Assembly (NCBI GenBank): GCA_024653945.1
Contig: JANLIT010000002.1
Location: 146,508-210,507, forward strand
Direction: 5' to 3'
Length of the DNA stretch: 64,000 nucleotides
DNA from: Candidatus Campbellbacteria bacterium
GTDB lineage: Bacteria; Patescibacteriota; Minisyncoccia; Phycocordibacterales; EsbW-18
Under the pieces are notes generated by a model, which was not told the origin of the DNA, made no database searches, and worked only from the letters and a program-made list of their open reading frames with translations. The first letter of the stretch is position 1, and every line of letters begins with the position of its first letter. The translations under genes were made by a program, and so were the position numbers. Positions 1 through 9,082 of the stretch are shown here, in pieces.

Positions 1-2
1 AA

Positions 3-260
3 ATTGCCATGATTCGTGCGGACGAACACATAACAGAGAACAAGCTTTCTGAAGACGTTCGTTTGGTGTTACAAATTCATGACGAATTGATATTTGAAGT
101 GCGCGAAGAAAAAGTTGCCGAGATTGTTCCTATTATTAAAAATATTATGGAGAAAGCCTTACCCGCGGATAAGGCAGGTGGAGTACCCATTCTTACCGAA
201 GCCTCATCAGGAAAGAGGTGGAGTGAGATGAAAAGGGTAAGCACAAAATCCAAAGCATAA
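3..260 (+). CDS. polA: DNA polymerase I, C-terminal end (partial; gene starts upstream of window)
   Basis: Family A polymerase motif C 'LVLQIHDELIFEV' and terminal 'G..W'. Confidence 0.9.
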   Translation: MAMIRADEHITENKLSEDVRLVLQIHDELIFEVREEKVAEIVPIIKNIMEKALPADKAGGVPILTEASSGKRWSEMKRVSTKSKA

Positions 261-312
261 ATATAATTTAAATGCCCCAGTCTCTAATCTCCAGTATCTA
301 GTCTCTATTTAT

Positions 313-1017
313 ATGTTATACGTCCTACACGGAACAGATAGAAAAAAGGTGAGAGAGGAATCAAAAAAGATTCTTACAGGTCTCGCGATCAAGCGACCCG
401 GTGCGCAAGTGTTTCGTCTTGTTGATGAAGGAGCAACAATTGAACGTCTTAAAGAACTTCTTGAAAGCACTGGGCTTTTTGAAGCAAAATATATTGTTGT
501 ATTGGAGTTTGCTCTTGGTGACGAAATATTTGATGAAGCAATTATGTCGCTAGCACCCGCCCTCGCTGAGTCAAAACATATTTTTGTTATCTTGGAAGAA
601 AAAATAGGAACACCACTACAAAAAGTTTTTGAAGAACATGCAAACAAAGTACAGGAACTCGATCTTCCTAAAGAAGAGAAAAAAAGATTCAACATTTTTG
701 CGCTTACCGACGCGTGCGTTCGTCGTGATAAAAAGAATGCATGGACTGTGTTGCAAAAGGCACTACGCGAAGGAATGGTTCCAGAAGAAATTTTTGGAAG
801 TGTGTGGTGGCAATTTAAAACCCTCGCACTTGTTGATAGAGGCGATACTGAGGGTATGAAACCATTCACTATTACCAAAGCACGAAGTGCCTTGAAACTT
901 TTTTCTCAAGAAGAAATTCATACGTTAACTCATGAACTTGTAACGCTGTACCACGAAGCACGTCGTGAAGGTCCACCGCTTGAAATTGCTTTGGAAAAAT
1001 TTATTTTGAATTTATAG
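313..1017 (+). CDS. holA: DNA polymerase III delta subunit (short CPR-type HolA)
   Basis: 'MLYVLHG' N-terminus, 'GLF' motif, 'FNIFALTDA', C-terminal 'LEIALEKFIL'. Confidence 0.75.
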   Translation: MLYVLHGTDRKKVREESKKILTGLAIKRPGAQVFRLVDEGATIERLKELLESTGLFEAKYIVVLEFALGDEIFDEAIMSLAPALAESKHIFVILEEKIGTPLQKVFEEHANKVQELDLPKEEKKRFNIFALTDACVRRDKKNAWTVLQKALREGMVPEEIFGSVWWQFKTLALVDRGDTEGMKPFTITKARSALKLFSQEEIHTLTHELVTLYHEARREGPPLEIALEKFILNL

Positions 1018-1648
1018 AGGTGTCCTCTTTCCAAAAAACATCCCGCTCGAGCATGTCTTTGCTGACGACCTCAACGAATTTTTGCATCACAGGAAAACCT
1101 TCGGTCGCTTTCCTCTTTCTTTCGATATGGTCTTGATATGTGTGGTGGGTGCGCTTCAAGGAGCGCTCATTGATTGGATCAAAAAGCTCAAATAGTGGCT
1201 CAATCTTATCAAGTGCATATGCAAAACGTGCTTCGCGACCGTCTTTTTCAGTGTATGCGCGCCAACTTTCATGCCCAATCTCTCGTAAAGACGGAGGTAG
1301 AGATGCAAACACCTCCTCCGCATCAGCTTGTTCACGTTCCTCATCCACTTTTGTTTTCAAGTGATAGGGGATGTCTCCGTGTGTTATCTCACCAAAGTCA
1401 TGGAACAAGAGAATTCGATATAGCTTTTGAACGTCTAGTTTGTCATCAGGGTCCTCAAAAGGCAAAAAATATTCTGCAAGAAAAAGCAACGCAAACACAT
1501 GCTCGGCGACGGACTCGTTGTGTACTGTAAGGTCTCGATCCGATGCATACCGCAGCGTCCGCTTGAGTTTATAGGCGACTTTTATCTGTCGCACAGCTTC
1601 CATAATCTGTTCGTCGGACAGTTTTGTAGAAATGGATATAGGTTTCAT
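1001..1648 (-). CDS. HD-domain phosphohydrolase (YfbR/HDDC2-like)
   Basis: 'ESVAEH', 'FHDFGEITHGDIP', 'LDKIE'; start moved to 1648 because the longer ORF overlaps tRNA-Lys. Confidence 0.85.
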   Translation of the reverse strand: MKPISISTKLSDEQIMEAVRQIKVAYKLKRTLRYASDRDLTVHNESVAEHVFALLFLAEYFLPFEDPDDKLDVQKLYRILLFHDFGEITHGDIPYHLKTKVDEEREQADAEEVFASLPPSLREIGHESWRAYTEKDGREARFAYALDKIEPLFELFDPINERSLKRTHHTYQDHIERKRKATEGFPVMQKFVEVVSKDMLERDVFWKEDTSINSK

Positions 1649-1652
1649 CTTG

Positions 1653-1726
1653 TCCGCCCGGTTGGATTCGGACCAACGACCCACTCCTTAAAAGGGAGGT
1701 GCTCTACCAGGCTGAGCTACGGGCGG
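1653..1726 (-). tRNA. tRNA-Lys(TTT)
   Basis: Cloverleaf CCGCCCG/CGGGCGG; anticodon loop CTTTTAA; T-loop reads TCCGAAT. Confidence 0.9.
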
Positions 1727-1789
1727 TTAAGTGCGGAACATGGACACTGTACAACAAAATTTTCTTCCAGACAAACTTTTTCATTACTT

Positions 1790-1849
1790 CATGTTTTGTG
1801 TTACGTGCTATATGTTACATGCTACATGTTATATGCTACATGTTACATG
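1790..1849 (+). repeat. Heptamer tandem array (TG[T/C]TACA-type) running into the ATG of the TrmH-family gene
   Basis: gtgttac gtgctat atgttac atgctac atgttat atgctac atgttac ATG. Confidence 0.85.
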
Positions 1850-2302
1850 AACACATACGTCATCCTTGATAACATTCGAAGCGTGCATAATGTCGGTTCT
1901 ATTTTCCGTACCTGTGATGCTGCGGGTGTTACGAAACTCTACTTGTGTGGACTTACGCCGATACCAGTGGACCGATTCGGGCGCGTGCGAAAAGATATGG
2001 CAAAAGTTGCGCTTGGTGCGGAAAAGAACGCTGCGTGGGAGTATGCATACAATACACAGGATGTAATTGAAAAACTAAAACAAGATGGAGTTTGGATTGT
2101 TGCCGTTGAGCAAAACCCACATTCAAAGCTCTGTACCGATATATCGGTACAGGGACCGATCGCGTTTGTATTTGGTGGGGAAGTGGCTGGTATTTCAAAA
2201 GAAATCCTCAAGATGTGTGATGAAATAATTGAAATTCCTATGCGCGGGAAAAAAGAATCACTCAACGTATCTGTTACTGTCGGCATTATTCTTTTTAGAT
2301 AA
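1847..2302 (+). CDS. SpoU/TrmH family RNA methyltransferase
   Basis: 'ILDNIRSVHNVGSIFRT', 'FGGEVAG', 'IPMRG..ESLNVSV'. Confidence 0.92.
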   Translation: MNTYVILDNIRSVHNVGSIFRTCDAAGVTKLYLCGLTPIPVDRFGRVRKDMAKVALGAEKNAAWEYAYNTQDVIEKLKQDGVWIVAVEQNPHSKLCTDISVQGPIAFVFGGEVAGISKEILKMCDEIIEIPMRGKKESLNVSVTVGIILFR

Positions 2303-2418
2303 ATGACGTCCTCCCCGCAGTAGCCTGCGGGGTTTCCTGTTACATTAAAAAAGGACCGCAATGCTTCGCAGTCCCCAGAATGCGGGAGGGTGTTACCCCT
2401 CTGCACGCTCTTGTCGTC

Positions 2419-2712
2419 TTACCGAACGAAGATTTGGAGGACCATCTCTCCTTGCTTGGTCTTGAAGTGACGCTCGCTTCCTTCACCTTCTTCGGAGAAT
2501 GTCACCGAAAGAGGGATCTCGAAAGTCCCAAGGCTGGGGGGATTACTCCCCGTGTCCTCAAACTCCACCACCAAGAGCTCTCGATTCGTATCGACCGTGA
2601 GGCCCTTGATAACACCACCGGACAACTCGTTGTTCTGATTCCTCACAACTCTGCCCGTTGGGGCAGATTTTGCAACATCTTCCCATCCCTTGTCCTGAAT
2701 GAATCTGATCAT
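2419..2712 (-). CDS. Hypothetical protein (GC-richer stand-alone gene)
   Basis: GGAGG SD before ATG 2712; TTGACG upstream; hairpin plus T-run downstream. Confidence 0.6.
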   Translation of the reverse strand: MIRFIQDKGWEDVAKSAPTGRVVRNQNNELSGGVIKGLTVDTNRELLVVEFEDTGSNPPSLGTFEIPLSVTFSEEGEGSERHFKTKQGEMVLQIFVR

Positions 2713-2789
2713 ACATACCTCCTCAGCCAAGTGGCCGAAAGTTGACTTCTGGAAGCACTGTAGAGTATTTAGTGTCTTACGTCAAGTAT

Positions 2790-3764
2790 TTAACGATATT
2801 CAAGAATATCAACCACTTTTCCCGTGTCATCAATAAGGGCGATTGCCTCACGCCTTTCTCGCCACAGAGTCTTACTTGAACCCAAAAAGAGTCGCCACGT
2901 ATTTCCTAAAAAGTCAGAATCTGTTTTGTGTAGTTCGAGACATCCATCATATGTGGAATACGTACGTATAAAAGCTCTACAAAAACTAGGGGTGGTGCTT
3001 GCATAGGTTCCGCGGTCACACGAACCAGTGTTTTCAATGCCATCCATGCACGCGTCGTATTCTTCTTCATCGTCAAATGCGTCTGGTGTAATGCCAAATG
3101 ACACAAGGTCTTCATCTTCTAGGAGGGGACACGACTGCCACATACTTGGATTAAAGTTGTAACTACGGTTCAAATATCCTGTACATTTGTTTTCTAAAAA
3201 TCCCGTGTTTATTCCAACTGCGTATCGCGAATTTATAATCGCCCGCTCGCCTGGTGCAAGAAAGACGTTTTGTTCTTTTTTCCACGGCTGGTTACCTTCA
3301 AGAACGGCAACACCTTTTGGTATAGCAACACGAGTACCAGAAACCAGACTTTCAAGTTTCCATCCAGAAATAACAATCGGGGCAGTATTTGCACCACTGG
3401 CTTCAATGATGAGATATTCATCACGAGAATTTTGTGTGTAGGTATTACCCGCGCTCAAAGTAATCATTCCGTGGTATACAGATTGGTTTTTTTCATCAAG
3501 GGCCTCTTGTACCGCCCGTGCAATTTTTGCAATTTCATCTTCAATACGGTTTAATTCGCCCTGTTTGTATTCTGCGTCACTGACAACGCCATCATTATTG
3601 TTGTCATATGAACGGGTGTATGCCGCAGAACTTTCAATAGAATCAGTACCACCCAAAAAACTGTATGACGAAGAATTATTAAGGACGGGAACAGTTTCTT
3701 GTACGTACGAGATAAAAAAGACGGCCGCAATGATAAAAAAAAGAAATTTGACGAGGTCGTTCAT
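2790..3764 (-). CDS. Membrane-anchored exported protein, lamin-tail-like domain with Cys-rich insert
   Basis: N-terminal TM; 'EYLIIEA..N.APIVISGWKL', 'LAPGERAII', 'ALIDDTGKVVD'. Confidence 0.65.
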   Translation of the reverse strand: MNDLVKFLFFIIAAVFFISYVQETVPVLNNSSSYSFLGGTDSIESSAAYTRSYDNNNDGVVSDAEYKQGELNRIEDEIAKIARAVQEALDEKNQSVYHGMITLSAGNTYTQNSRDEYLIIEASGANTAPIVISGWKLESLVSGTRVAIPKGVAVLEGNQPWKKEQNVFLAPGERAIINSRYAVGINTGFLENKCTGYLNRSYNFNPSMWQSCPLLEDEDLVSFGITPDAFDDEEEYDACMDGIENTGSCDRGTYASTTPSFCRAFIRTYSTYDGCLELHKTDSDFLGNTWRLFLGSSKTLWRERREAIALIDDTGKVVDILEYR

Positions 3765-3812
3765 ATAAAGTAGAGGTTGGAAGTTGGATATGGGAAGTTG
3801 GAATGGGGGTGA

Positions 3813-5102
3813 TTAGTTTAGTTTTTTCAACTCTTCTCTGACTACCGTTGCGTCGTCCCAAGGTATTTTACTCCCATTCGGACCCATAATATACGGGTCG
3901 GTACCTTTGCCGGTTATAAGAACAGCAACACGCGCGTGGGGGTTTGTTGTAGCCATTTTTTGGGCCAGTACGAGTGCTTCATGGAGGGCCTCTCGTCTAT
4001 CAAGAATAATAGAAAGTTTTGATGTATCTTGTATACCCTCCGCCATTTGTTCTAGAATTTTTTGAGGGTCTTCGTCATATGGGTCTTCGTTGGTGAGAAA
4101 AATATGTTGGCAAGATGCTTCGGCAATACGCGCCATTTCAGGGCGCTTCCATGTGTCGCGTCCACCTCCAGTATTTCCAAGAACACCAACAACTCGAGAA
4201 AGAGAGAATGCCTCATAGATGCTTTTTAGTGAATCAGGTGTGTGTGCGTAGTCCACCACCACATCAAACGCTTGGCCTTCTCGTATAAATTCTGCACGCC
4301 CAGGAACGCTGGTTACACTTTCTAGCCCCTCTTTTATTTTCTGGGGTGGAATGTTTTGGCTCTGTGCAAAAGTTGCAGCCGATAGTGCGTTATACACATT
4401 AAAAAGTCCTGGAATAGCGAGATGGATACGCTCTCCACCAAATCCAAACTCATAACCCGTGCTTGTTTGGCTGTACGGTTTTGCGTCTGAAAGATGAAAA
4501 GGAAATGCACGATTGGCGCCACACTCTAAAAACGAAAGTGCCTCAGCATCGTCTGCGTTTGCAATAATCGCAGTATTTTGTTTGTGTGAGTGTGCAAGTT
4601 GTTGTGCGACAGACAATTTTGCATCGCGATAGTTCTCAAATGAGCCGTGTGATTCAAGGTGTTCGGGCGCGAGATTGGTAAAAATAAGCGCATCCATGGC
4701 AATCCATTTGTGGCGGAACTGTTTCGCACCCTCACTCGTCATTTCAATGATTGCCCAATCACATTTCTCAGTAACTGCGTTACGCAGAAACTTTTGCACA
4801 AAAAATCGCCCCGGAATCGTCATTTTGTAGAGGTTGCGTGTTTCGGTGTCGGCAACTTTGAAACGAATGGTGCCAAGAAGCGCGGTTGTGTATCCCGCGG
4901 ACTCAAGAATTGCATTTACCAACTCTGCTGTTGTTGATTTTCCTTTGGTGCCGGTGATGGCAACAACTTTGATATGGCGAGAAGGGAAGCGATAGACAAG
5001 CGTACCGAGGAGGGCGAGTTTCCAGTGGTAGATTGGTTGCAATGCCGTAAACAGCTTTGTGGGAATGAACCGTTTGATGAACCGAAGAGTTTTGTTGAGC
5101 AT
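3813..5102 (-). CDS. murE: UDP-N-acetylmuramoyl-tripeptide synthetase
   Basis: 'AITGTKGKSTT', 'FTNLAPEHL', 'VPGR', 'VDYAHTPDS', 'GKG'. Confidence 0.9.
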   Translation of the reverse strand: MLNKTLRFIKRFIPTKLFTALQPIYHWKLALLGTLVYRFPSRHIKVVAITGTKGKSTTAELVNAILESAGYTTALLGTIRFKVADTETRNLYKMTIPGRFFVQKFLRNAVTEKCDWAIIEMTSEGAKQFRHKWIAMDALIFTNLAPEHLESHGSFENYRDAKLSVAQQLAHSHKQNTAIIANADDAEALSFLECGANRAFPFHLSDAKPYSQTSTGYEFGFGGERIHLAIPGLFNVYNALSAATFAQSQNIPPQKIKEGLESVTSVPGRAEFIREGQAFDVVVDYAHTPDSLKSIYEAFSLSRVVGVLGNTGGGRDTWKRPEMARIAEASCQHIFLTNEDPYDEDPQKILEQMAEGIQDTSKLSIILDRREALHEALVLAQKMATTNPHARVAVLITGKGTDPYIMGPNGSKIPWDDATVVREELKKLN

Positions 5103-5110
5103 GCTTGTTT

Positions 5111-5150
5111 ATCAAGGTTAAACCTCGATATATCGAGGTTTAACCTTGAT
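5111..5150. repeat. Perfect 40-bp palindrome between ruvA and murE
   Basis: atcaaggttaaacctcgata|tatcgaggtttaaccttgat. Confidence 0.95.
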
Positions 5151-5152
5151 GA

Positions 5153-5722
5153 TTACCTGCCACCGAGAATTTTTAGGGCTTCTTTTATGCGTTCGTTTGT
5201 GCCGATTTTTGATACATCAATTTTTTTCACCGCATCACGTGCCTCTGTTTGTGAGTAACCCAATGACACAAGCACTTCCACCACATCAGCATCTTCACGA
5301 AGTTCTCCGCCCATCTCGCCGCGACTGCCGAGTCGGTCTTTGAGCGTTACCACAATGCGCTCTGCAGTTTTCTTTCCAATGCCGGATACTTTGGTGAGGT
5401 AGGTAATATTTTCTTCAGCAATAGCACGTCGAAGTGTCTCGGCACTTGCAAGCGAGAGTACGGCAAGAGCGGACTTCGGACCAATGCCCGGTACCGCTAA
5501 GAGCATTTCAAAAAATGCCAATTCGTCGCGGTCGGCAAATCCAAACAAATCCATAGATGTTTCGCGCACCGCCATATGCGTCCACAACGAAATCGTGTCA
5601 CCAATTTTTATTTTTGATGCCGTGTCGCGTGCCACATGAACACCGTAGCCAATGCCAGCAACATCAATAACGATGAGTCCTGGTTCTGTGTGAAGTGCTG
5701 TGCCTGAAATGTGGGAAATCAT
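5153..5722 (-). CDS. ruvA: Holliday junction branch migration protein RuvA
   Basis: 'DVAGIGY', 'LFGF', HhH motifs 'VPGIGPKSA' and 'VSGIGKKTAERI', 'LVSLGY'. Confidence 0.97.
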   Translation of the reverse strand: MISHISGTALHTEPGLIVIDVAGIGYGVHVARDTASKIKIGDTISLWTHMAVRETSMDLFGFADRDELAFFEMLLAVPGIGPKSALAVLSLASAETLRRAIAEENITYLTKVSGIGKKTAERIVVTLKDRLGSRGEMGGELREDADVVEVLVSLGYSQTEARDAVKKIDVSKIGTNERIKEALKILGGR

Positions 5723-5861
5723 ATATGAAGTATAAGCTCAAAATCCAAATATCAAAATCCAAAAACTTTTACTACTTGCTACTTGCTACTTTTCTTGCTA
5801 TGTTTACTACGCTCTACAAACTAAGAAGCTATAAAAGCTACAAGCTAAGAAGCTAATTCCT

Positions 5862-6128
5862 ATGCCAATAATCAAAGCAGCAAAAAAGGCACTTCGCAGT
5901 TCCGCACGAAAGCGTGTGGTTAACTTGCGTCGTACACGTGCCATGAAAGAAGTGGTGAAGGATATTCGCGATCTTACAGGAAAGGGTAGTGTAAAAGATG
6001 CGCAGGCAAAACTCGCCAGTGCCTACCAGGCAATTGATAAGGCGGCAAAACTCGGTATTATCAAAAAGAATGCAGCTTCACGAAAGAAATCACGCCTTGC
6101 CAAACTTCTTAAAAAATCATCGCAATAA
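5862..6128 (+). CDS. rpsT: 30S ribosomal protein S20
   Basis: 'MPIIKAAKKALR', 'IDKAAKLGIIKKNAASRKKSRL'. Confidence 0.97.
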   Translation: MPIIKAAKKALRSSARKRVVNLRRTRAMKEVVKDIRDLTGKGSVKDAQAKLASAYQAIDKAAKLGIIKKNAASRKKSRLAKLLKKSSQ

Positions 6129-6132
6129 TTCT

Positions 6133-6161
6133 AAAAACACCAGCCTCGGGCTGGTGTTTTT
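6133..6161 (+). terminator. Intrinsic terminator after rpsT
   Basis: aaaaacaccagcc-tcg-ggctggtgttttt. Confidence 0.8.
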
Positions 6162-6211
6162 GTTTGTGCGGTGGTATTGTCTCGGCAGATTCAACCAAGG
6201 GGAGAAACGCC

Positions 6212-6544
6212 ATGGGGAAGACTGTGTGGTATATCAAACCGAAGAATGGACATACCTCGGAAGCAGTCGGGAGAGTGACTTCCGACGAGGACCTGCGTTA
6301 CGAAATAAGATGCTCCGATGGGGTTAAGAGGAATCTTTACCGATGTGAGTGGGGAGTCCTCGAGACCGCCTTGGGCTCGGCGGAGAACATCTATCTTCAC
6401 TTCAATGTCTGGAGACAACGGGGGACCAGTCTTCCGGCGCCCTTTGATCCACGAAAGGTGTTCGTGGGGAAGGAGCCTCCTAAGGTTCAAGCACGTACAT
6501 GGCTCGCCAAGCAGAAGGCGCGCAAGGCCGCTCACACGTCGTGA
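6212..6544 (+). CDS. Hypothetical protein (GC-richer stand-alone gene)
   Basis: SD aaggggag before ATG 6212; hairpin ccgctcac..gtgagcgg over the stop, then T-run. Confidence 0.6.
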   Translation: MGKTVWYIKPKNGHTSEAVGRVTSDEDLRYEIRCSDGVKRNLYRCEWGVLETALGSAENIYLHFNVWRQRGTSLPAPFDPRKVFVGKEPPKVQARTWLAKQKARKAAHTS

Positions 6545-6567
6545 GCGGTTGTTTTTTTATCTAGAAT

Positions 6568-7143
6568 CTATTCAACAAGATATTTTTCAATCAAACGTCG
6601 GGCAACTTTATTGAGAAGTATGATAACGACAATAATAAGCGCAATGCCAACCTCAAGTCGTGGAAGAAAATGTTGTGTTGAAAAGAGAGAGGCACTGAGC
6701 ACGTATGCCAAAACCCAAATAACGGATGACCACACAAACGTGGTGATTATGTTTGCTTCAAGGAATTGCTTTATGGGAACACCAATCATTCCCATACGAA
6801 TAAGTGTTGGACGACTCAAACCGTATAGAAAACGGGTGATGAGAAGTGATTTAAATATGTGCGCATGAAAAAGATGGTCAAATTGTCCTGCTTCACGGGT
6901 AACCCATGCGCTTATTTTTTTAGAGAGCGAAAGATTGGTGCCGAGCAAGAACCACAACAAATCACCGATAAAAACTCCAAGAAGTGTTATAGCGAGAATA
7001 TCGTAAAAGTTCAAAGAACCTTGGTGTACAAGAAAGGCGGCAAGAAAAAGAGTAAGCTCACCTTCAATGAGTAGTCCAACAAAAATGAGAACGTATGCGA
7101 ATACGTGGTATGTCTGAAGATACTGAAGAAATAGTGTGTGCAT
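6568..7143 (-). CDS. DedA/VTT family membrane protein
   Basis: 'IEGELTLFLAAFL', 'GDLLWFLLG', 'RFLYG'; start moved out of tRNA-Ser. Confidence 0.85.
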   Translation of the reverse strand: MHTLFLQYLQTYHVFAYVLIFVGLLIEGELTLFLAAFLVHQGSLNFYDILAITLLGVFIGDLLWFLLGTNLSLSKKISAWVTREAGQFDHLFHAHIFKSLLITRFLYGLSRPTLIRMGMIGVPIKQFLEANIITTFVWSSVIWVLAYVLSASLFSTQHFLPRLEVGIALIIVVIILLNKVARRLIEKYLVE

Positions 7144-7144
7144 C

Positions 7145-7234
7145 TGGCGGTGGGAGTGAGATTCGAACTCACGGTCCCCGTTAAGGGACACCGCATTTCA
7201 AGTGCGGCGCGTTAGACCTCTCTGCCATCCCACC
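7145..7234 (-). tRNA. tRNA-Ser(TGA)
   Basis: GGTGGGA/TCCCACC acceptor, long variable arm, loop CTTGAAA, encoded CCA. Confidence 0.95.
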
Positions 7235-7297
7235 AGTACCAAGAAGATACTAACAAAGTCCTCTTTGAGCAAGGTGTAGATGTGGTACGCTATAGGT

Positions 7298-7756
7298 ATG
7301 CAAATTCACCTTGCGTGGAAGACATTGGAATACGAACACAAACCACGGAGCTCCGATTGGTTCTGGGGACTCGGTATTATTGCGATTGCGGGAGTCATTC
7401 TTTCAATTTTTTTAGGAAATTTTCTTTTTGGTGTTGTGATTGGTGTTGGTGCGGTTGCTCTCGGCTTACATGCACTTCGCCATCCGCATATCATAGAGTG
7501 TGAGATTCAAGACAGAGGGGTGCGTATTGGTGACACCCTTTTCCCGTATCGTACGCTTGAGTCTTTTTGGATAGATGAGCGCCTCATTCCAAATCGACTT
7601 CTTCTTAAATCACAAAAAATGTTTATGCCCCACATCATTGTGCCCCTTGCTGATATTTCTACCGATGAGGTTCGCGATACTCTTTTGCAGTATCTAGACG
7701 AAGAGGAGGTGCACGAAACATTTTCTGATAGAATTGTTGAGCTCGCTGGTTTTTAG
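7298..7756 (+). CDS. Conserved CPR-type membrane protein (DUF5673-like)
   Basis: 'W...EYEHKPRSSDWFW', two TM helices, 'LESFWI'. Confidence 0.65.
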   Translation: MQIHLAWKTLEYEHKPRSSDWFWGLGIIAIAGVILSIFLGNFLFGVVIGVGAVALGLHALRHPHIIECEIQDRGVRIGDTLFPYRTLESFWIDERLIPNRLLLKSQKMFMPHIIVPLADISTDEVRDTLLQYLDEEEVHETFSDRIVELAGF

Positions 7757-7815
7757 TGGCGCCTCGTCATCATTTTTGCTAGAGTGTGCGTGTTGGACTC
7801 TCGTGTGGAAAATTC

Positions 7816-7964
7816 GCTCCTGTATGGAGTACCATACGGAAGCTCAGTCGGACCACATATGTGCTTGAGCTCCCACGTCCTCGGACCCGAGTAAAAAAGA
7901 AAACAGGCTTTCTTTTTTACTCTCTCCTCGAACGCTTCGCTCTACGCACATGCGTGTCATCCTC
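7816..7964 (+). repeat. ~150-nt structured repeat, copy 1 (5 nt upstream of tRNA-Arg GCG)
   Basis: Homologous to 12687-12836, with compensatory stem changes. Confidence 0.85.
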
Positions 7965-7969
7965 TTTTC

Positions 7970-8041
7970 GCTCCCGTCGTTCAACGGATAGGACGGCAGC
8001 TTGCGGAGCTGCTGATGTAGGTTCGATTCCTACCGGGGGCA
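7970..8041 (+). tRNA. tRNA-Arg(GCG)
   Basis: GCTCCCG/CGGGGGC acceptor, GCAGC-TTGCGGA-GCTGC anticodon arm, GGTTCGATTCC. Confidence 0.9.
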
Positions 8042-8055
8042 CACTACACAATTAT

Positions 8056-8745
8056 ATGAAATTTGAGGAATCCTCAATATCTAAAGAACAAAGGCCAAAT
8101 TCCGAGGTGTATACCAAAGAATACGAAAGAATAAAAACTTGGCTTTTAAAACTTTTTAAGGATAAAAATGAGGAAGAAATAGAGGGCCTGTATTCTGAGA
8201 TACAATTTCTTGTATCTGCTATTGGGGAGGATCCAAGTATAATAATTGAAAAAATTAAGAAAGGGTGGAACCAAGAAGATCCGGAAGAATTTGTTGCTAT
8301 AGTTTTTGGTGCCACAAAAAAATATATAGACCAAAAAATAGAACACCCAGAAATTTTTGAAGAAATACGTCGAGAAAGAAGAATACAACGATTCGGAACT
8401 ATTAAATTGAGTGAACTTATGTATTATAGCCTTGACCTTCAAAACGGTGTGGCGATTATTCACGTCGAACCAAAGGGAAATTTAGGGTTTGGCGGAATAC
8501 TAAAATCATTTCGTGATGGAATGAAAGAGCTTGCAAAACAGGCAAAAAAAGACGAAAGAATAAAAGAAATTAAAGCCATGTCTTGGATAGTTGCATCAAA
8601 CCCCGGTCTCTTAGAAAAAGCTGGTTTTATAGTTGACGGTCCAATGGATGAAAAAACGAAAGTCCAACATTTCGGCGATGAAGAAAGACCGGTTTCGGTG
8701 GCTCACATGAGTAGGGAGACGTTGTTAGAAAAATATCTTGGTTAA
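8056..8745 (+). CDS. Hypothetical protein (AT-rich; possible GNAT-like C-terminus)
   Basis: 229-aa ORF after the tRNA; 'SWIVASNPGLLEKAGF'. Confidence 0.65.
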   Translation: MKFEESSISKEQRPNSEVYTKEYERIKTWLLKLFKDKNEEEIEGLYSEIQFLVSAIGEDPSIIIEKIKKGWNQEDPEEFVAIVFGATKKYIDQKIEHPEIFEEIRRERRIQRFGTIKLSELMYYSLDLQNGVAIIHVEPKGNLGFGGILKSFRDGMKELAKQAKKDERIKEIKAMSWIVASNPGLLEKAGFIVDGPMDEKTKVQHFGDEERPVSVAHMSRETLLEKYLG

Positions 8746-8770
8746 TTGGTCTCTCATATCGGCTAACTAT

Positions 8771-9082
8771 ATGGAAAGTTCTGAACAATATATTCCCGAA
8801 ATACCGCCTACTCCAGATGTGCTAACAACACGTCTTGAGCTTGAGTACCGTGGCAAGCTTCAACACAATATCCTCATAAGCATTGGCAAGAGGGCCTTTG
8901 ACTCGGACTCCGCATATGAGCACGGAAAGAAAATTTTGGATTATATAAGTGCCATTATTGACGCTGATACTCCAGAGGGGGAAGAAATTCGAGAACTTGC
9001 CCGTGCTGAAAAATATGAAGAAGCAGAGACAAAGGTCATCGCGCTTCTTGACTTGAAAAAAGTAGAACTACCCCAAGCATGA
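8771..9082 (+). CDS. Hypothetical protein
   Basis: ORF whose stop overlaps the ruvX start (ATGA). Confidence 0.6.
   Translation: MESSEQYIPEIPPTPDVLTTRLELEYRGKLQHNILISIGKRAFDSDSAYEHGKKILDYISAIIDADTPEGEEIRELARAEKYEEAETKVIALLDLKKVELPQA

Noticed and set aside
1499-1846. N-terminal extension of the TrmH ORF, and similar extensions at 7786, 7191, 1684, 24796 and 57598
   Set aside because: They run through tRNAs, repeats or promoters; recognisable protein sequence begins at later ATGs.
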